IMG/VR virus record: IMGVR_UViG_3300028586_000046
Coordinates: 1-38,624 of that record
Origin: a virus
Taxonomy: Duplodnaviria > Caudoviricetes
Reading direction: 5' to 3' (one strand)
Length of the DNA: 38,624 nt
The notes beneath the pieces are model-generated. The model saw only the letters and a program-made list of their open reading frames with translations, was not told where the DNA came from and did not search any database. Below are positions 35,799-38,624 of the stretch, piece after piece (position 1 is the first letter of the stretch; every line of letters begins with the position of its first letter). The translations under genes and the position numbers were made by a program.

Positions 35799-36068
35799 CT
35801 ACAGCCAGGCGCCGTTTTTAAAGCGGCGGATTTCCTCGCCCGTGTGCTGGTCGTAGAGCAGGGCCACCTTGATGTTGTCCTTGGTTTTGGTCACGTAGCG
35901 GTCGTGGCGCTTGATTTCTACGGCGCGGGGGTCGGCGGCCAGGCGGCCTTCGGGCAGGTTATTGCGCCCGTACCAGGTGCGGGCGTTGCCGTCGAGGTAG
36001 TAGACCACAAGCTTGGTGTGGGCCTGAGCGATGAATTTCTGGACCGAAGTCGAGCGGGTAGTTGCCAT
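35799..36068 (-). CDS. Hypothetical protein, 89 aa
   Basis: Clean ATG ORF co-oriented with the early genes. Confidence 0.7.
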   Translation of the reverse strand: MATTRSTSVQKFIAQAHTKLVVYYLDGNARTWYGRNNLPEGRLAADPRAVEIKRHDRYVTKTKDNIKVALLYDQHTGEEIRRFKNGAWL

Positions 36069-36088
36069 AAAAAAGGGGTGTTAGTGGA

Positions 36089-37396
36089 TTAGGTGTGGAC
36101 AATGGGGGTCAAAGCGATGCGGGTCGGGCTGGGCACGTTGGGGGCGGCCACCTGGGCGTAGTAGCGCTGCAAGGCGTCGGCCCCGTAGGCCTTGAGCTTG
36201 GCCTCGTGGTAGCGGAAGAGTTGAATCTGGCTCATGGCCTGGGTGCGCTTGGGGGCAATGCCCAGCCGGTGGGCCTTGAGCGCCCGGCGGGCCAGCAGCA
36301 GGGCCCGGCTGATGTTGCGCTGGCGGTTGTTGACCTCCTGGCGGGCCAGCCAGGCCTCGGTGCCGATAAAGCCGCGCTGATTCTCGGCGTCGAAGTAGCC
36401 GGTGCCGACGACAAACTCGGCAAAGGGACTGGGGGCAAACTTGTTAGGGTAGCGCTCGAAATACGCCGCCGCCAGGTCAATGCGCTGCAAGACCTGCTCG
36501 TGGTAGCGCTGCCACTCCCCTGCCGTGAGCTGGGGGCCAAAGCCCCGGTACACTCCGTACCACATGGCTTGCAGCGCTTTGTGCTGCTCCGCCTCGTCGA
36601 AGCGGCGGCTGGGGTAAATCCGTTTCCAGGCGTAGTGCCAGGCCTGCACCACCAGGCCCAGGCGCTCGGCTTGCTGCTGGGCCGCCGCCGCGCCGCCCGC
36701 CCCTTCTTTCGTCGCCTGGCGGGGCGCTGCAGGGGCGGTGGGGGCCGGGTTTGCCCCTGCCTGCGGCCCTGTGTTGCCAGTCAAGGCACCCGCGCTCCTT
36801 GGCGCCGATGGCGTTACTAACTTTTCCACACGGCCGATTTCTATTTCCTTTTTATCCTGTTTTTCCAGTGATACAATAAGCGGAACTTTTGTCGCCGGCC
36901 CCGGCGTCGCCAGGGCGGCGATTTTGGCCTGTTTAGGGCCTTTTTGGGCCGCTGGGGCCGTGTTCCAGACGAACTCGGCCGCCAGGTAGACCTCGAAGTT
37001 GGCCTTCGTGCCGCGAAAGACTTTGCGGGCGATGAAGCCGATTTTTTGCAGCTCGCGCAGGTGGTCGCGGATGGCGCGGGCCGAGACCTGGCGAAAGGCG
37101 GCCAGGCGCTCGTTGTTGGTGGCCACGGGCGGCGGGGTGGCCCGCGCGTCGGTAGCGGGCTCGAGCAGCAGGGGCACGCGCCGCAGCTGCTCGATGGCGT
37201 CGATGGCCCACACGAGCAGCACCCGGGCCGTAGCCTGGGCGCCATCGCTGAGGGCCTTGGGGCGCACGAGATACTGCTCCAGCTTGCCCTTGACGGTGCG
37301 CTGGCGCACTTGCAGGGGCAATTGGCTGCGCAGGCGCTTGAGAAACTGAGCGAAGCGGCCGTAGGCTGAGCGAAGGGTGTAGGGGAGCGGCAACAA
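36089..37396 (-). CDS. Putative replication initiator (winged HTH); start uncertain
   Basis: NNERLAAFRQVSARAIRDHLRELQKIGFI wHTH, low-complexity linker, helical C-terminus. Confidence 0.65.
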   Translation of the reverse strand: MLPLPYTLRSAYGRFAQFLKRLRSQLPLQVRQRTVKGKLEQYLVRPKALSDGAQATARVLLVWAIDAIEQLRRVPLLLEPATDARATPPPVATNNERLAAFRQVSARAIRDHLRELQKIGFIARKVFRGTKANFEVYLAAEFVWNTAPAAQKGPKQAKIAALATPGPATKVPLIVSLEKQDKKEIEIGRVEKLVTPSAPRSAGALTGNTGPQAGANPAPTAPAAPRQATKEGAGGAAAAQQQAERLGLVVQAWHYAWKRIYPSRRFDEAEQHKALQAMWYGVYRGFGPQLTAGEWQRYHEQVLQRIDLAAAYFERYPNKFAPSPFAEFVVGTGYFDAENQRGFIGTEAWLARQEVNNRQRNISRALLLARRALKAHRLGIAPKRTQAMSQIQLFRYHEAKLKAYGADALQRYYAQVAAPNVPSPTRIALTPIVHT

Positions 37397-37603
37397 GCTT
37401 AGGGCTGGTTGAAACGTGGAAAAAAAGAAGTGTGGCCGGGGGCGGTATGGGCAGCCCAAAATCCGCCGCCGGCCGAACCTGCGTGCAGGCCCTGTGCTCC
37501 CCTCGCCCGCGTCGAGCGGGCATCCACGGGACCTGTGCCGACCGGGAAGAGGCAGGCCCGCGTGTGTCTTCGTTAGACGACAAGGGATGAGTTGGTGCGC
37601 GGG

Positions 37604-37945
37604 CTAGACCGCTGGCCTCTGGGGCGGCGGCAGGGCCGCGTCGAGCCCGCGCAGGCGGGCCGTGAGGCTGTCGCGCTCGGCCCGCAGGCCTTGCTCCTCC
37701 CCCACGTCGGGCCGCAGCTGGCCGCTTTCTATCATGTCCAGCTTGAGGCCGATGTTGGCTAGCAGCTGGTACACGGCGTAGCGCTCGTCTTCCAGGCGCA
37801 GGCGCTGCTTGCGGGTAAGGTTCGGGGCGGGCCGGGCCGAAAGGGGCCGCACCACGAGCTCGTGGCCCGCCCGGCGCACGTTTTGGAAAGCGCAGGCGAG
37901 CTGCGTCGTCTCGGGGGCCGAGGAATACACCGTCACCTGGCTCAC
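37604..37945 (-). CDS. Hypothetical early protein
   Basis: GTGA overlap with the upstream gene. Confidence 0.6.
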   Translation of the reverse strand: MSQVTVYSSAPETTQLACAFQNVRRAGHELVVRPLSARPAPNLTRKQRLRLEDERYAVYQLLANIGLKLDMIESGQLRPDVGEEQGLRAERDSLTARLRGLDAALPPPQRPAV

Positions 37946-38238
37946 GACACGAGGTGGGGGTTACGGGCGTTTTCCTGGTACTGCTCCGAGGCCAGGCGGG
38001 CGGGGACGTACTGCGCGTCAGCCTCCATTTCTTGGCGGCGCACCTGGTGCACCTTGCGCAGGGTCAGCAGGCGGGCCATCTTATCCAGGCACTCCTCGTG
38101 GGCATTGGTGCAGGGCTCCAGCGCATACAGGCTACTCGCCTGGCCGCTCACGGCCTCGGCGTAGAGCGCCAGGGCCTCGTCGTGCTCCTGGGGCGTAAGG
38201 TCGGCGAACTCGTCGCCGGTCAGCGTGTCAATCGACAT
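37942..38238 (-). CDS. Hypothetical early protein
   Basis: ATG ORF with T-rich leader. Confidence 0.6.
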   Translation of the reverse strand: MSIDTLTGDEFADLTPQEHDEALALYAEAVSGQASSLYALEPCTNAHEECLDKMARLLTLRKVHQVRRQEMEADAQYVPARLASEQYQENARNPHLVS

Positions 38239-38270
38239 AAGAAAACGGGAAAAAGAGGGTGAGCGCCCGC

Positions 38271-38624
38271 CTAGGCCACCCGCAGGTGCGGGGGCGCGGT
38301 GGGCGTGGTGAGTTTGGGAAAAGGCGCCGGCTCGAGCTCAGCTGGGGGCAGCAGCAAGGGGGCGGGCAGCGCGTCGAGGTCGAAGTCCTCGCCCCGGTGG
38401 TAGGCCAGCAGCGCGGGCCAGGGGATGCGCGGCTCGCTCGTGAACTGGTAGGCCCGCAGCTTGACTACCTCGCCCGATTTGCCGCGCTTGCCCTTCTTGA
38501 GCCAAGCGCGCACGGTGCTGGGGTCCACGTCGAGCACCTGGGCCAGCTTCTGCACGCTGTAGAGCACGACTTCGGCCTGGCCCGCCGCCTGGGGGGCCGC
38601 GCCGGCCACACTAGAGCTTACCAA
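38271..38624 (-). CDS. Xis/MerR-like HTH protein, possibly 5'-truncated by the window
   Basis: YSVQKLAQVLDVDPSTVRAWLKKG...RIP. Confidence 0.75.
   Translation of the reverse strand: MVSSSVAGAAPQAAGQAEVVLYSVQKLAQVLDVDPSTVRAWLKKGKRGKSGEVVKLRAYQFTSEPRIPWPALLAYHRGEDFDLDALPAPLLLPPAELEPAPFPKLTTPTAPPHLRVA

Larger units (their letters stand above)
6416..38624 (-). mobile_element. Tailed temperate prophage, extends beyond the right window edge
   Basis: Co-oriented head, packaging, lysis, tail and replication genes; left boundary inferred from the att-like repeats. Confidence 0.9.

Noticed and set aside
7567-38262. Many long plus-strand ORFs (e.g. 23464-25092, 11603-12595, 13897-14886)
   Set aside because: Antisense shadows of GC-rich genes with no recognisable motifs.
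1-38624. CRISPR array, diversity-generating retroelement or retron
   Set aside because: No regularly spaced repeats, no reverse-transcriptase motif and no TR/VR pair seen.

Overview
GC-rich Bacteroidota DNA; Hymenobacter/Cytophagales-like by inference from a T9SS sorting domain, SprB repeats and TAnnTTTG-type promoters. From ~6.6 kb to the window end lies a largely intact-looking tailed prophage on the minus strand. Its order is: Xis-like HTH, replication initiator, putative late regulator, LamG fibre, S49 protease, capsid, ParB-methyltransferase, terminases, portal, lysis cassette, SprB-repeat tail protein, tape measure, then a tRNA-like gene and a serine resolvase. Bases 1-6.4 kb look like a decayed related prophage: terminase with an in-frame TAG, a broken endonuclease-NACHT defence gene and an integrase with compensating frameshifts. 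The most unusual signals are non-coding: a 118-nt tRNA-shaped gene with a 52-nt hairpin-containing anticodon loop among res-like sites, a GTCCT-N22-(-7 box) promoter found 5-6 times, a nested-stem RNA at ~17.0 kb, a second degenerate tRNA-like element and two exact 19-bp repeats. All function calls come from visual motif recognition; no searches were run.
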